A DNA stretch of 64,000 bases from Candidatus Dojkabacteria bacterium (lineage in GTDB: Bacteria > Patescibacteriota > Dojkabacteria > JAOAGR01), in the NCBI GenBank assembly GCA_026415655.1, contig JAOAGR010000002.1:5-64004 (forward strand). Reading direction: 5' to 3'. A program made the position numbers and the translations under genes. This document shows, piece by piece, positions 8,517 through 18,851 of the stretch; position 1 is the stretch's first letter, and every line of letters begins with the position of its first letter. The notes under the pieces were generated by a model, which had not been told where the DNA came from, did not search any database, and saw only the letters and a program-made list of their open reading frames with translations.

Positions 8517-10235
8517 ATGTCAAGTGGTACAAACAATACCAAAACTGGTGCAGAATTAGTAGCTCAGACAATCGTTGATCTTGGTATTGATATGATTTTT
8601 GGTTATCCCGGTGGAGCTATAATGCCTGTACATGATGCACTTTACATATATGAAACACAAGGAAAGATAAAGCATTATGTTCCGAGACATGAGCAGGGAG
8701 GTATTCATGCCTTGGAAGGTTATGCTAGGGCTAGTGGAAAAGTTGGCGTTATATTTGTAACATCTGGTCCTGGAGCCACAAATTTGGTTACCGGTATTGC
8801 TGACGCTCTGATGGATTCTGTCCCTGTCATATGTATCACAGGTCAGGTAGCAACGCATTTGATCGGCACTGAGGCTTTTCAGGAAACGGACATTATAAAT
8901 GTGACTAAGCCTATTACGAAATGGAATTATCAGATCAGAGATCCTAGAGAGATACCATGTGTTTTTGAAAAAGCTTATTATATAGCTACTAGTGGAAGAC
9001 CCGGTCCTGTACTTATAGATATACCCAAAGATATGCAAACAGCAAAGGTAAATTTGTCGGAAGTATTACATTTTGAGATTCCAAAAGAAAGTCATGTAAT
9101 TGATGATAATTTGATCAGAGAAGCCACAGAATTGATTAATACATCGCAAAGACCTTTGGTATTGGTAGGCCATGGAGCAATCATTTCTAATGCACACGAG
9201 GAAATAAAAGAATTATTAGAAAAAGGACACTTGCCATTTGCTTGCACGTTGCATGGTTTATCAGCACTTCCTAAAGCTCATCCAAACTATGTGGGTTTTT
9301 TGGGAATGCATGGCAATTATGCACCTAATAAACTTACAAATGAAGCCGATTTGCTTATAGCATTAGGTATGCGATTTGATGATAGAGTGACTGGTAATCT
9401 AAAAAAATATGCGCCAAATGCCAAGGTAATTCACATTGACATAGAAAAGTCCAAGATCAACCGTAACGTAACAGCAACAATTGGTATTAATGCAGATTTA
9501 AAAACTACATTGAAACAACTAAATAAATATATCAAATTTGAAGACAGAAAAACTTGGTTTGATAGATTTAGTGAATTGTATTCTATCGAAACAGAAAAAG
9601 TTATTAAAAATCAAACTAATCCCGCAGGTGATAATATTTTGATGGCAGAAGTTATTAAGTTGCTTTCAGATATTACAGATGGCCATGCTAATATTGTAGC
9701 CGATGTAGGGCAACATCAAATGATAACAGCAAGATATTACGAGTTTAATAGATTTAATAGCTTTTTTTCATCAGGTGGATTAGGTACTATGGGATTTGCC
9801 CTTCCAGCAGCAATTGGAGTGAAATTAGCAAGGCCTGATGAAGAAGTTATAGCCGTTATTGGTGACGGAGGATTTCAGATGACCATGCAAGAACTGGCGC
9901 TTATCGCCTATGAAAATATACCAGTGAAGATAATAATTTTGAACAATGGATTTTTAGGCATGGTTAGACAATGGCAAGAAATGTTTTTTGATAAACGATA
10001 TGCCTATACTAATATGTGTAATCCAGATTTTGTAAAACTAGCAGATGCCTATGGTATCAAAGGACGAAGAATTGATTCCAAATCTCAGTTAAAAGATGGG
10101 TTGATTGAATTAGTACAGTCTGATAAAGGTTATCTCCTAGAAATAATTGTTCAAAAAGAAGATATGGTGTTTCCTATGGTGCCTCCTGGAGCATCTGTAG
10201 AAGATGTTATTTTAGAATCGCCTAATTTGGAATAA
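8517..10235 (+). CDS. ilvB: acetolactate synthase large (catalytic) subunit, TPP-dependent
   Basis: 572 aa; TPP-enzyme N-terminal domain (GIDMIFGYPGGAIMPVHDAL), central and C-terminal GDGGFQM TPP-binding motif. Confidence 0.88.
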   Translation: MSSGTNNTKTGAELVAQTIVDLGIDMIFGYPGGAIMPVHDALYIYETQGKIKHYVPRHEQGGIHALEGYARASGKVGVIFVTSGPGATNLVTGIADALMDSVPVICITGQVATHLIGTEAFQETDIINVTKPITKWNYQIRDPREIPCVFEKAYYIATSGRPGPVLIDIPKDMQTAKVNLSEVLHFEIPKESHVIDDNLIREATELINTSQRPLVLVGHGAIISNAHEEIKELLEKGHLPFACTLHGLSALPKAHPNYVGFLGMHGNYAPNKLTNEADLLIALGMRFDDRVTGNLKKYAPNAKVIHIDIEKSKINRNVTATIGINADLKTTLKQLNKYIKFEDRKTWFDRFSELYSIETEKVIKNQTNPAGDNILMAEVIKLLSDITDGHANIVADVGQHQMITARYYEFNRFNSFFSSGGLGTMGFALPAAIGVKLARPDEEVIAVIGDGGFQMTMQELALIAYENIPVKIIILNNGFLGMVRQWQEMFFDKRYAYTNMCNPDFVKLADAYGIKGRRIDSKSQLKDGLIELVQSDKGYLLEIIVQKEDMVFPMVPPGASVEDVILESPNLE

Positions 10236-10727
10236 AACATTTAGTGGATTATCTTACTTTGCTTAATAGATAATTATTTCTGGTATTAAGTGATGCTATA
10301 CAGGATAGAATTATTATAAATTTTAATTATTTTTTAATTAAATTAGCATTAAATATATGAAAATATGAAAATTAAATATTACATTTTTTAATTATAAAGA
10401 TTTATTTAATAAAATTCACAAGCATGTTTAAAGTAAATACTAGTAACTAATATTGTACTGTATAAAACTTTTTATATTAAAGTAAATTGAATTCATCATA
10501 ATAACTCGCGAGTTCTTATTCCTATTGGTTATTCTTAATTTTGTATTAAATTAAAATTAATTTGTGAACTAGAATTCTTAAGTAATCATTTTTAAATTAT
10601 TTAGGATTGTCTTTAAATGGTATTTGTTATAACATAATTAACTAATTGTAAATCGACAGCACATAAGCACTAGACAAAATATAATTTATCTTGTATATTC
10701 ACGAGGATTAATATAAAATAAAAGGCT
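10236..10727. promoter_or_regulatory. unusually long (~490 bp) AT-rich non-coding leader upstream of tuf/ribosomal super-operon; presumed promoter region
   Basis: No ORF, no tRNA-like GC-rich segment; almost pure A/T with short internal repeats; all other intergenic spacers in the window are far shorter. Confidence 0.25.
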
Positions 10728-11912
10728 ATGGCAACATTTCAGAGAACAAAACCTCACGTTAATGTGGGTACAATAGGTCACGTAGACCATGGAAAAACTA
10801 CATTGACAGCAGCAATTCTTGCTGTTTTGGCAAGAGCAGGGTATGCAGCAGAGAATTTGGGAGTAGATCAAATCGATAAAGCTCCGGAAGAAAAAGCTAG
10901 AGGAATTACTATCAATGCTACTCATGTAGAATACGAAACAGCCAATAGACACTATGCACATGTTGATTGTCCGGGACATGCCGATTACATCAAGAATATG
11001 ATTACTGGTGCTGCTCAGATGGATGGTGCAATATTGGTTGTTGCTGCAACAGATGGTCCAATGCCTCAAACAAGAGAACATATACTTTTGGCAAGACAAG
11101 TTGGTGTTCCAAGAATCGTTGTATTCTTGAACAAGTGTGATATGGTAGATGATCCAGAGATGATTGATCTTGTACAAGAGGAAGTTGCAGAGTTACTTAA
11201 GAAATATGGTTATAATCCTGATGAAACTAGATTTGTTCGTGGTTCAGCTCTCAAAGCTCTTGAAGAAACAACGGTTGGAGAATGGTCACAAAAAATTCTT
11301 GAGCTCATGGAAGCAGTTGATACCGTAATTCCAACACCAGAAAGGGCAGTTGATCAACCATTCTTGATGCCAATTGAAGATGTATTCCAGATACAAGGTC
11401 GAGGTACGGTTGTTACGGGTCGTATTGAAAGAGGAGTGGTGAAGGTAGGAGATACAGTAGAACTTATCGGTCTTGGTAAGGACAATAAATCAGTCGTCAC
11501 TGGTGTGGAAATGTTTAGAAAACAGTTGGATGAGGGTGTTGCAGGTGATAATGTTGGAGTACTTTTGAGAGGTATTGAAAAGGATGATGTGATGCGAGGT
11601 ATGGTTCTTGCAAAACCAGGAAGTATTACACCTCACAAGAAATTTGTTGCCGAAGTTTATGTTTTAAAAAAGGAAGAAGGTGGAAGACATACAGCATTTG
11701 TAACTGGATATCGCCCACAATTTTATATCAGAACAACTGATGTTACAGGAGAAGTCAAATTAGTGAATTCTGAGATGGCAATGCCTGGTGATAATGTAAC
11801 CATGGAGATAACATTGATTGAGCCTGTAGCTATGGAAGAAGGGATGAGATTTGCTATAAGGGAGGGAGGAAAAACTGTTGGTGCTGGTATAGTAACCAAA
11901 ATTATTGAATAA
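10728..11912 (+). CDS. tuf: translation elongation factor Tu
   Basis: 394 aa; [23 protein letters not shown]-motifs. Confidence 0.97.
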   Translation: MATFQRTKPHVNVGTIGHVDHGKTTLTAAILAVLARAGYAAENLGVDQIDKAPEEKARGITINATHVEYETANRHYAHVDCPGHADYIKNMITGAAQMDGAILVVAATDGPMPQTREHILLARQVGVPRIVVFLNKCDMVDDPEMIDLVQEEVAELLKKYGYNPDETRFVRGSALKALEETTVGEWSQKILELMEAVDTVIPTPERAVDQPFLMPIEDVFQIQGRGTVVTGRIERGVVKVGDTVELIGLGKDNKSVVTGVEMFRKQLDEGVAGDNVGVLLRGIEKDDVMRGMVLAKPGSITPHKKFVAEVYVLKKEEGGRHTAFVTGYRPQFYIRTTDVTGEVKLVNSEMAMPGDNVTMEITLIEPVAMEEGMRFAIREGGKTVGAGIVTKIIE

Positions 11913-11914
11913 TC

Positions 11915-12229
11915 ATGCAGATACTTCGTATAAAACTTAAGGCTTACGATCCCGGGTTAATTGAATCTGCTTGTAAGAAAATTGCTGAAACTGTAATACG
12001 AACAGGGGCAAAAGTAAGAGGACCCGTTCCTCTGCCCACTAGAATAAAGAAGTGGACGGTGATAAGATCGTCTTTTATTGATAAAAGATCACAAGAGACA
12101 TTTGAACAAAGAATTTCCAGCAGATTGATTGATATAATTGACTCTAATTCTAAGACAGTTTCGAGTTTACAAAGTCTTGTTTTGCCAACTGGAGTATCTG
12201 TGGATATAAAAGTGATAAATCCAAATTAA
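11915..12229 (+). CDS. rpsJ: 30S ribosomal protein S10
   Basis: 104 aa; IRIKLKAYD ... PLPTRIKKWTV conserved S10 sequence, operon position after tuf. Confidence 0.95.
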   Translation: MQILRIKLKAYDPGLIESACKKIAETVIRTGAKVRGPVPLPTRIKKWTVIRSSFIDKRSQETFEQRISSRLIDIIDSNSKTVSSLQSLVLPTGVSVDIKVINPN

Positions 12230-12239
12230 TTTAATTCTT

Positions 12240-12785
12240 ATGTATATCGGAATTAAAAAAGGAATGACTCAAGTTTTTGACGAAAAAGGTAATGTTGTAC
12301 CAGTGACGATTATTGATGTTTCTACAAAAATATACCAAGGACTAAAAAATTCTGGTACATTCTTGGGTATAGGAAGTAAAAAACACCCAAAGAAATCAGA
12401 AAAAGGTATATTTGGTGATGAAGTGCCTAAATATTATTTACCAATAAAAAGTGTAGAAGAAGTGGGGATTCCAGAGGTTGGTTCATCAGTAAAAATAACA
12501 GCAAGATCAAAAGGAAGAGGGTTTATAGGGGTTGTAAAATTATGGGGATTTGCTGGTGGCCCAAAAACTCATGGTCAAAGCAATAAACATAGATCACCTG
12601 GATCTATAGGTACGGGTACTACATTTGGTCGTGTGTTACCTGGTCTCAAAATGGCCAATAAAGCAGGTAATAAAGCTGTTACTATACGAAACCTTAAGGT
12701 GGTTGATTACGATGAAGACAATAAGCTTTTACTCATTAAAGGATCTATTCCGGGTTCGTACGGTACATTTGTAAAAATAATGTAA
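12240..12785 (+). CDS. rplC: 50S ribosomal protein L3
   Basis: 181 aa; GIKKGMTQVFDEKGNVVPVT N-terminus, operon order. Confidence 0.9.
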   Translation: MYIGIKKGMTQVFDEKGNVVPVTIIDVSTKIYQGLKNSGTFLGIGSKKHPKKSEKGIFGDEVPKYYLPIKSVEEVGIPEVGSSVKITARSKGRGFIGVVKLWGFAGGPKTHGQSNKHRSPGSIGTGTTFGRVLPGLKMANKAGNKAVTIRNLKVVDYDEDNKLLLIKGSIPGSYGTFVKIM

Positions 12786-12792
12786 AAATCTT

Positions 12793-13365
12793 ATGGAAAT
12801 ATCAATAAAGACAATTGATAATAGAATTTTTGATACTTTGAATATACAGCAGGATGATGTAAATATGAATTATCTGTTAGCAAAATATGTAAGGGTACAT
12901 TCTATTAACTCAGCACAAAATACTAAAAGTACTAAGGGAGTATCTGATGTAAAAGGTCATTCAAAAAAGCCGTATAGACAGAAAGGTACAGGCTATGCCA
13001 GGCAAGGATCCACTAAGGCGCCACATCATAGAGGAGGTGGGGTTGCTCATGGACCTAAGCCCATTCAGAGATCTGCAAGATTGAATAAAAAAGAAAGAGA
13101 AATCCTAAGAAAAAATTTATTGTACACTCTTCTATCTAATGATAGAGTATACATAAATGATAAGGATAATCTTGATAAGGATTTTGTATCAAAATTTAGA
13201 AGAATTGTTTATGTTGTGAATCAAGAACCTCCGGTTTCTTGTAGAAAATTCTCAAATATTATTTTTTCTGATACGGATTCTTTATCTCCTTTACTAATTA
13301 GTGCTTCGGATGTTATTATTGTCGACAAATCTAGCTTAGATGAATTCAAAAAAATGTTAAGTTGA
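12793..13365 (+). CDS. rplD: 50S ribosomal protein L4
   Basis: 190 aa; KKPYRQKGTGYARQGS...GGGVAHGPKP motif, operon order. Confidence 0.88.
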   Translation: MEISIKTIDNRIFDTLNIQQDDVNMNYLLAKYVRVHSINSAQNTKSTKGVSDVKGHSKKPYRQKGTGYARQGSTKAPHHRGGGVAHGPKPIQRSARLNKKEREILRKNLLYTLLSNDRVYINDKDNLDKDFVSKFRRIVYVVNQEPPVSCRKFSNIIFSDTDSLSPLLISASDVIIVDKSSLDEFKKMLS

Positions 13366-13670
13366 TTATGAAACAAGTAATTATAAAACCTTTAATCACG
13401 GAAAAAACATATAAGCTCTATAAAGATAATAGAATTGTAACATTTATCGTTGATAGAAGTTCAACAAAAAAAAATATAGCCTATCACTTCAACAAAATAT
13501 ATGGTATTAATCCTAAGAGTGTACGGGTTGTGTCGTCAAGAAAAGAAAATACTGGTCTTGTAACAAAAAATGGAAGATTATTGGGGAGGACACATAATAG
13601 AATTAAATACAAAAAAGCATATATAAATATAGGGGAAAATAAGTTAGAAATTTTTGAAAATATTGGATAG
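13362..13670 (+). CDS. rplW: 50S ribosomal protein L23
   Basis: 102 aa; IKPLITEKTYKL motif, operon order. Confidence 0.9.
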   Translation: MIMKQVIIKPLITEKTYKLYKDNRIVTFIVDRSSTKKNIAYHFNKIYGINPKSVRVVSSRKENTGLVTKNGRLLGRTHNRIKYKKAYINIGENKLEIFENIG

Positions 13671-13672
13671 TT

Positions 13673-14512
13673 ATGGCATTAAAAGTATTAAAACCTACAA
13701 CACCAGGACAACGAGGAACGGTTTTGGTAGATAGATCTGTTTTAACTGTAGATAAACCGCTCAAGTCTTTGACTGTAACAATAAAAGGATCTACCGGTAG
13801 AAGCGGTGGAAAGGTAACTACAAGGCACAAAGGAGGAAGATTAATACGTAAGTACAGAATTGTTGATTTTAAAAGATCGGTAAGAAATATATATGGGACA
13901 ATAACAACTATAGAGTATGATCCGTTTCGGAACGCTTTCATATCTTTAGTTGTTTATGATAATGGACAGAAACGCTATATAATAACTCCGCATAATGTAA
14001 ATATCGGTCATAGAATTATAACTGCAGAGAATGTGAGTCCTGATATAGGCAATTCTATGCCTTTAAAAAATATACCTGTAGGACAGCAAATTTTTAATAT
14101 TGAATTAACACCAAATAGTAAAGGTACTATAGTTCGTTCTGCTGGTACTAGTGCAGTACTTCTCGGTTTTGATGGAGATTATGCACAAGTTAGATTACCT
14201 TCAAAAGAAGTAAGACTTTTTAAAAAAGATTGCTATGCAACTATAGGAGTTGTTTCAAATCCGGATGCAAAAAATGAGGTTTTAGGTAAAGCTGGAAGAA
14301 ATAGGTGGCGTGGTGTAAGACCAACTGTAAGAGGTATGGTTATGCCTCCAAACGCGCATCCACACGGTGGTGGTGAAGCAAAAGGTGTTATTGGGCATAT
14401 ACCACGTGATCCTTGGGGAAATATCAGAGGGAAGCTCACAAGACGAAAACGAAATAGATTTTCTAAGTTTATTATAACTAATAGAAAAGGAAGAAAGCAT
14501 ATTAAGAAATAA
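13673..14512 (+). CDS. rplB: 50S ribosomal protein L2
   Basis: 279 aa; [30 protein letters not shown] motif. Confidence 0.96.
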   Translation: MALKVLKPTTPGQRGTVLVDRSVLTVDKPLKSLTVTIKGSTGRSGGKVTTRHKGGRLIRKYRIVDFKRSVRNIYGTITTIEYDPFRNAFISLVVYDNGQKRYIITPHNVNIGHRIITAENVSPDIGNSMPLKNIPVGQQIFNIELTPNSKGTIVRSAGTSAVLLGFDGDYAQVRLPSKEVRLFKKDCYATIGVVSNPDAKNEVLGKAGRNRWRGVRPTVRGMVMPPNAHPHGGGEAKGVIGHIPRDPWGNIRGKLTRRKRNRFSKFIITNRKGRKHIKK

Positions 14513-14514
14513 TT

Positions 14515-14823
14515 ATGTCTAGATCGCTTAAAAAAGGACCATATGTAGATCAAAAATTACTTAAAAAGATTTTGATTGCAAAACAGAATAATGATAAAAA
14601 GCCTATCAAAACATGGGCTCGTAGAAGCGATATATCTCCAGATTTTGTTGGTATGACTATTGCTGTACATGATGGAAGAAAGCATGTGCCTATTTTTATT
14701 ACAGAAGATATGGTTGGTCATAAACTAGGAGAATTTGTTCCAACGCGTACATTTAGGGGACATGCATCCAAGGGTAAAGTAGCAAAAACACTTGGAAGTG
14801 TTGGTAGAGTAAATAAAGATTAA
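14515..14823 (+). CDS. rpsS: 30S ribosomal protein S19
   Basis: 102 aa; [12 protein letters not shown] ... GHKLGEF motif. Confidence 0.95.
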   Translation: MSRSLKKGPYVDQKLLKKILIAKQNNDKKPIKTWARRSDISPDFVGMTIAVHDGRKHVPIFITEDMVGHKLGEFVPTRTFRGHASKGKVAKTLGSVGRVNKD

Positions 14824-14825
14824 GT

Positions 14826-15149
14826 ATGAAAGCCTCCGTAAAAAAAATAAATTATACGCCGAGAAAACTTAGATTAGTAGTATCCTTAGTCAAAGGTATG
14901 AATGTTGATTATGCTATGCAATATTTGTCTAATGTAAATAAAAAAGGTGCTCCTATTATTTTAAAAGCACTTAAATCTGCTGTAGCAAATGCGAATATTG
15001 ATCCTAAAAATTTATTTATTGATAAAATTTATGTGAATGAATCATCTTTAAAATTAAAACGAATTTTGTATGCTGCTAGAGGTCGTGGTAAAATGCGAAT
15101 TAAAAGATACAGTGATTTACATATTGAATTAAAAACTAATAATGGCTAA
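14826..15149 (+). CDS. rplV: 50S ribosomal protein L22
   Basis: 107 aa; PRKLRLVVSLVKGM motif, operon order. Confidence 0.9.
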   Translation: MKASVKKINYTPRKLRLVVSLVKGMNVDYAMQYLSNVNKKGAPIILKALKSAVANANIDPKNLFIDKIYVNESSLKLKRILYAARGRGKMRIKRYSDLHIELKTNNG

Positions 15150-15765
15150 AAAAGTTATACCACAAATATATAGAATAGGTATAAATGAGAAGCATTTATC
15201 TTCTTGGTTTGCTACAAGAGCTAAATTTGCAAAATATTTGCATGATGATTTAAAAATTAGAAAAATAGTCAGTGAACATGCATATATAGCGGGCATTGAT
15301 AAAATTTTAATTTCTCGCAACGATAATAATGTTACTGTCGATTTGTATGTTGGTAGACCAGGTCTCGCTATTGGTAAGAATGGCGTTGGAATAGAGCAAA
15401 TGGAAAAGGAAATAAAATCAAAAGTAGGAGTGGACGCTAAAGTAAATGTTTACGAAGTTAAACAACCATATTTGTCTGCAAATATTGTTGCCCAAAATAT
15501 AGTAGATTCTTTGAAAAAGGGTGTTCCTGTAAAAGTTGCCATGAAGCAGCAATTAGATAGGATTGAAGCATCTGGAGCAAAAGGTGCTAGAATTATGGTA
15601 AAAGGGCTTGGTCCTATAAAACAGGCACGAGCTGAGATATTAGAAATCAAAGGAGGTAGATTGCCGTTAACGACATTGAGATCAAAAATTGATTATGCAT
15701 TTAAGGAAGTTTTAGTTGATAGAATGTATGGTGTAAAAGTTTGGATTTATAAAGGAGAAATATAA
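15142..15765 (+). CDS. rpsC: 30S ribosomal protein S3
   Basis: 207 aa; KH-domain GRPGLAIGKNGVGIE motif. Confidence 0.93.
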   Translation: MAKKVIPQIYRIGINEKHLSSWFATRAKFAKYLHDDLKIRKIVSEHAYIAGIDKILISRNDNNVTVDLYVGRPGLAIGKNGVGIEQMEKEIKSKVGVDAKVNVYEVKQPYLSANIVAQNIVDSLKKGVPVKVAMKQQLDRIEASGAKGARIMVKGLGPIKQARAEILEIKGGRLPLTTLRSKIDYAFKEVLVDRMYGVKVWIYKGEI

Positions 15766-15771
15766 ATTATT

Positions 15772-16179
15772 ATGATCGCACCAAGAAAAACAAAATATAG
15801 AGTTACTCATTTAAGAAAACTTAAAGGAAACTCTACATCAGGCGTAAATATAGAGTATGGCGATATGGCTTTGGTTGCTTTGGAAAATGAGTATGTTACT
15901 CCAAATCAGCTTGAAGCAGTAAGAAGAGTAATAGCAAATACTACAAAAAGGACTGCAAAAGTATGGATTAGAGTTTTTCCAGATCAGCCCATTACTGCCA
16001 AGGGAGCAGGTACTCGTATGGGTAGTGGAAAAGGTCCCGTAAAAGCATACGTAGCACCAGTAAAGGCCGGCAGAGTTCTTATTGAAATAGGAGGGGTAAA
16101 CAGTGAATTAGGCATAAAAGCTCTTACACTTGCTCAGTCTAAACTAGGCGTTAAGACGAAAATACTATTAAAGAAATAA
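15772..16179 (+). CDS. rplP: 50S ribosomal protein L16
   Basis: 135 aa; PRKTKYR ... RMGSGKG motif. Confidence 0.94.
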   Translation: MIAPRKTKYRVTHLRKLKGNSTSGVNIEYGDMALVALENEYVTPNQLEAVRRVIANTTKRTAKVWIRVFPDQPITAKGAGTRMGSGKGPVKAYVAPVKAGRVLIEIGGVNSELGIKALTLAQSKLGVKTKILLKK

Positions 16180-16182
16180 ATT

Positions 16183-16389
16183 ATGTATAAGATAAATGAG
16201 TTGCGAAAAATGCCAAGAGAAGAATTACTTTCTCTTTTGAGTTCTGAAAGAGCAGATCTTATGAAGTTGCGTATACAATTAAAATCCGGGGTTACTAATT
16301 CTGATAATATCAATAATTATAGAAACAAACGTAAATTGATTGCTAGAATAAAAACTATTTTAAAAGAATTAGAATTAATTAATAAGTAG
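16183..16389 (+). CDS. rpmC: 50S ribosomal protein L29
   Basis: 68 aa; ELRKMPREELLSLLSSERADLMKLR coiled coil, operon order. Confidence 0.85.
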   Translation: MYKINELRKMPREELLSLLSSERADLMKLRIQLKSGVTNSDNINNYRNKRKLIARIKTILKELELINK

Positions 16390-16391
16390 AC

Positions 16392-16637
16392 ATGACTAAT
16401 GAAAAAAAGAGAAAAAAATTCGAAGGCGTAGTAGTTTCAAATAAAATGACTAAGGCTGTTGTTGTAAGAGTAGAACGCAAAGTGCCTCATCCAAAGTATA
16501 AGAAGATAATTACCAAATACACAAAACTATACGCAGGAAATGAATTAGGTAGTATAAAAGAAGGTGATGTTGTTGTAGTAGAAGAATGTAGACCTTTGTC
16601 AAAATTAATTAGGTTTAAAGTAATAGAGAAAAAGTAA
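16392..16637 (+). CDS. rpsQ: 30S ribosomal protein S17
   Basis: 81 aa; KFEGVVVSNKMTKAVVVRVER motif. Confidence 0.92.
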   Translation: MTNEKKRKKFEGVVVSNKMTKAVVVRVERKVPHPKYKKIITKYTKLYAGNELGSIKEGDVVVVEECRPLSKLIRFKVIEKK

Positions 16638-16644
16638 AACGTCT

Positions 16645-17013
16645 ATGGTTCAATTAAATACAATATTAAAAGTTGCTGATAACTCTGGTGCAAAGTATTT
16701 TGAAGTAATAACAGTTTTAGGAGGATCGAATAAAAAATTTGGCAGAATTGGGGATAGAGTATCAGGTGTGGTTAAAGGAGCGAATCCTGATGGCAATGTG
16801 AAAGATCATCAAAAATGTCATGCAGTAATTGTCAGGACAAAAAAAGAATTTAGACGAAAAGATGGGACATACATAAAATTTGATGATAATGCAGTTGTGC
16901 TCATTAATAAAGCAGGTGAACCAATAGGTACAGCAGTTTTTGGGCCAATAGCTAGGGAAATAAAAGATAAAGGATATAACAAAATAGCTAGTTTAGCACC
17001 AGAATTATTGTAA
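16645..17013 (+). CDS. rplN: 50S ribosomal protein L14
   Basis: 122 aa; MVQLNTILKVADNSGAK N-terminus. Confidence 0.95.
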   Translation: MVQLNTILKVADNSGAKYFEVITVLGGSNKKFGRIGDRVSGVVKGANPDGNVKDHQKCHAVIVRTKKEFRRKDGTYIKFDDNAVVLINKAGEPIGTAVFGPIAREIKDKGYNKIASLAPELL

Positions 17014-17023
17014 AACCATAACT

Positions 17024-17314
17024 ATGGCGGCAAAAATTAAAAAAGGCGATACTGTAAAAGTCATGAGTGGCGCATACAAAGGTAAGATTGGTATAGTCAA
17101 TCGAATTGACCGAAAAAATAGTCTTGTATATATTGATGGAATAAATGTTAAAAAAAGAGCTGTTAAAAAAGGAGAACATTCTAATGAGAATTTTGTATAT
17201 GTAGTACATCCTATACATTATTCAAATGTAAAAAAAATTGAACCGTTATCTGATATGCGGGATTCGCAAAGTAGTTTGGGTGATAGTGATTCTGCGACTT
17301 CAGAGACTAAATAA
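17024..17314 (+). CDS. rplX: 50S ribosomal protein L24 (KOW domain) with short Ser/Asp-rich C-terminal tail
   Basis: 96 aa; KIKKGDTVKVMSGAYKGKIGIV KOW motif; tail DMRDSQSSLGDSDSATSETK. Confidence 0.9.
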   Translation: MAAKIKKGDTVKVMSGAYKGKIGIVNRIDRKNSLVYIDGINVKKRAVKKGEHSNENFVYVVHPIHYSNVKKIEPLSDMRDSQSSLGDSDSATSETK

Positions 17315-18114
17315 TGAAAATTTCTAATAACGGTATTTCTCTCTCGGAAATCAATTCTCTCATAGATTCAAACTGTGTAATCGTTGGTAATAATGCTATT
17401 CATGATAATCTTCCTGCATTTTTGAAGTATATACATTTTGTTGTTTCATCAGATAATATCAGATCATCTAAAATAAGAAGCGCGATTGACTTCTTGAAAA
17501 AAAATAACATATTTATAATTTATTCCTCAAAACTAATAAGATATCTAAATAAAAGATTGAATTTACATAGAAGAAATATTAATTTTTTCTTATTTATAGA
17601 TCCAAAACTAAGAAATATTGTTAGTTTAAATGATTTTATTCAGGATTCAATAAAATTAAGACATAGTACAATCGTCGCTTTTCCCAGTTTAGACTATGAA
17701 TATAATATTGGATCAATGATCAGAACGGCATATGCTTTTGGAGTTGATGCTATTTTAATACCTAAGAATTTCAAAAATTTTTATTCGCCAGCCGTAACAA
17801 AAATATCAACAGGATATAATTATCAAATAAAACTGATACAAGATAAATTCATTGATTCTTTACGTAGACTTAAAGAGATTGGATTTTCTTTATACTGCTT
17901 TGACTCTTTAGGTGGTGAAAATATATCAAAAGTAGTGTATAATCCAAAAGCTTGTTTTGTATTTGGGACTGAAGCCAAAGGAGTTGAAAAATATATAATG
18001 AGTGAATGTGATTGTACTATTGCCATACCGATGCAAAATGGTGTAGAATCACTCAGTGTATCGGTAAGCTTAGGGATAGCACTTTATGATAGAAAATATA
18101 AGGAAAATATATGA
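17314..18114 (+). CDS. SpoU/TrmH-family (SPOUT) RNA 2'-O-ribose methyltransferase embedded in the ribosomal operon
   Basis: 266 aa; C-terminal half IVAFPSLDYEYNIGSMIRTAYAFGVDAILIP ... FVFGTEAKGV ... IAIPMQNGVESLSVSVSLGIALYD matches the three SPOUT/TrmH motifs; TAATG overlap with rplX stop and ATGA overlap with rplE start. Confidence 0.8.
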   Translation: MKISNNGISLSEINSLIDSNCVIVGNNAIHDNLPAFLKYIHFVVSSDNIRSSKIRSAIDFLKKNNIFIIYSSKLIRYLNKRLNLHRRNINFFLFIDPKLRNIVSLNDFIQDSIKLRHSTIVAFPSLDYEYNIGSMIRTAYAFGVDAILIPKNFKNFYSPAVTKISTGYNYQIKLIQDKFIDSLRRLKEIGFSLYCFDSLGGENISKVVYNPKACFVFGTEAKGVEKYIMSECDCTIAIPMQNGVESLSVSVSLGIALYDRKYKENI

Positions 18115-18650
18115 ATTTAAAAGAAAAATATAGAAATCAAATAGTAAAAGAATTGATGGGGGAATTGGGCATATCCAATCCAATGCGTGTTCCAAAAATC
18201 GTTAAAATAACTATCAATTCTGGCATTGGAAAGGCGTTGGAAGATCCAAGACTAATAGACGTTATGGTCGAGGATATGTCTGCCTTTGCAGGGCAAAAAG
18301 CTCTGCCTACTTTTGCAAAAAAGGATATATCAGGTTTTGGAAGGCTTAAAAAAGGTGATAAAGTGGGTGTTTTTGTTACGTTAAGGGGTAATAAAATGTG
18401 GAATCTCTTAGAAAAGTTGGTAAATGTAGTTTTGCCAAACATTCGTAATTTTAAGGGTTTGTCTTCTAAATCTTTTGACGGAAGAGGTAACTATTCCTTT
18501 GGAATTAGGCAGCATGTTGTTTTCCCCGAATCAGATCAAAATAGGTTAGAAAAATCTATGGGATTACAAATAAATATTACCACCACAGCAGAATCCGATC
18601 AGGAGGCTTTGGTTTTGTTAAGAAAGATTGGTTTACCAATAGTAAATTAA
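18111..18650 (+). CDS. rplE: 50S ribosomal protein L5
   Basis: 179 aa; RVPKIVKITINSGIGKA motif. Confidence 0.95.
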   Translation: MNLKEKYRNQIVKELMGELGISNPMRVPKIVKITINSGIGKALEDPRLIDVMVEDMSAFAGQKALPTFAKKDISGFGRLKKGDKVGVFVTLRGNKMWNLLEKLVNVVLPNIRNFKGLSSKSFDGRGNYSFGIRQHVVFPESDQNRLEKSMGLQINITTTAESDQEALVLLRKIGLPIVN

Positions 18651-18656
18651 ATTTAT

Positions 18657-18851
18657 ATGGCAAGTAAGTCAAAGATAGTAAAATATTTAAAACAATTAAA
18701 AAAGACAAAGTACGCAGTACGTATAAAGAGACGATGCGCAGTATGTGGTCGACCTAGAGGGTATATGAGAGATTTTGATATGTGTAGAATTTGTTTTAGA
18801 ATACACGCAAGGAATGCGCTCATACCAGGAATTAAAAAATCAAGTTGGTAA
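18657..18851 (+). CDS. rpsN: 30S ribosomal protein S14, zinc-binding type Z
   Basis: 64 aa with CxxC...CxxC (CAVCGRPRG...CRIC). Confidence 0.93.
   Translation: MASKSKIVKYLKQLKKTKYAVRIKRRCAVCGRPRGYMRDFDMCRICFRIHARNALIPGIKKSSW

Noticed and set aside
10686-11177. 163-aa minus-strand ORF overlapping tuf, and similar antisense ORFs listed inside rplB, rpsC, secY, ftsK, comM/yifB (39316..40056), relA (31926..32234, 33054..33542), serS, asnS, murA etc.
   Set aside because: All lie within confidently identified conserved genes on the opposite strand; Cys/Ser-rich or low-complexity translations typical of shadow frames.
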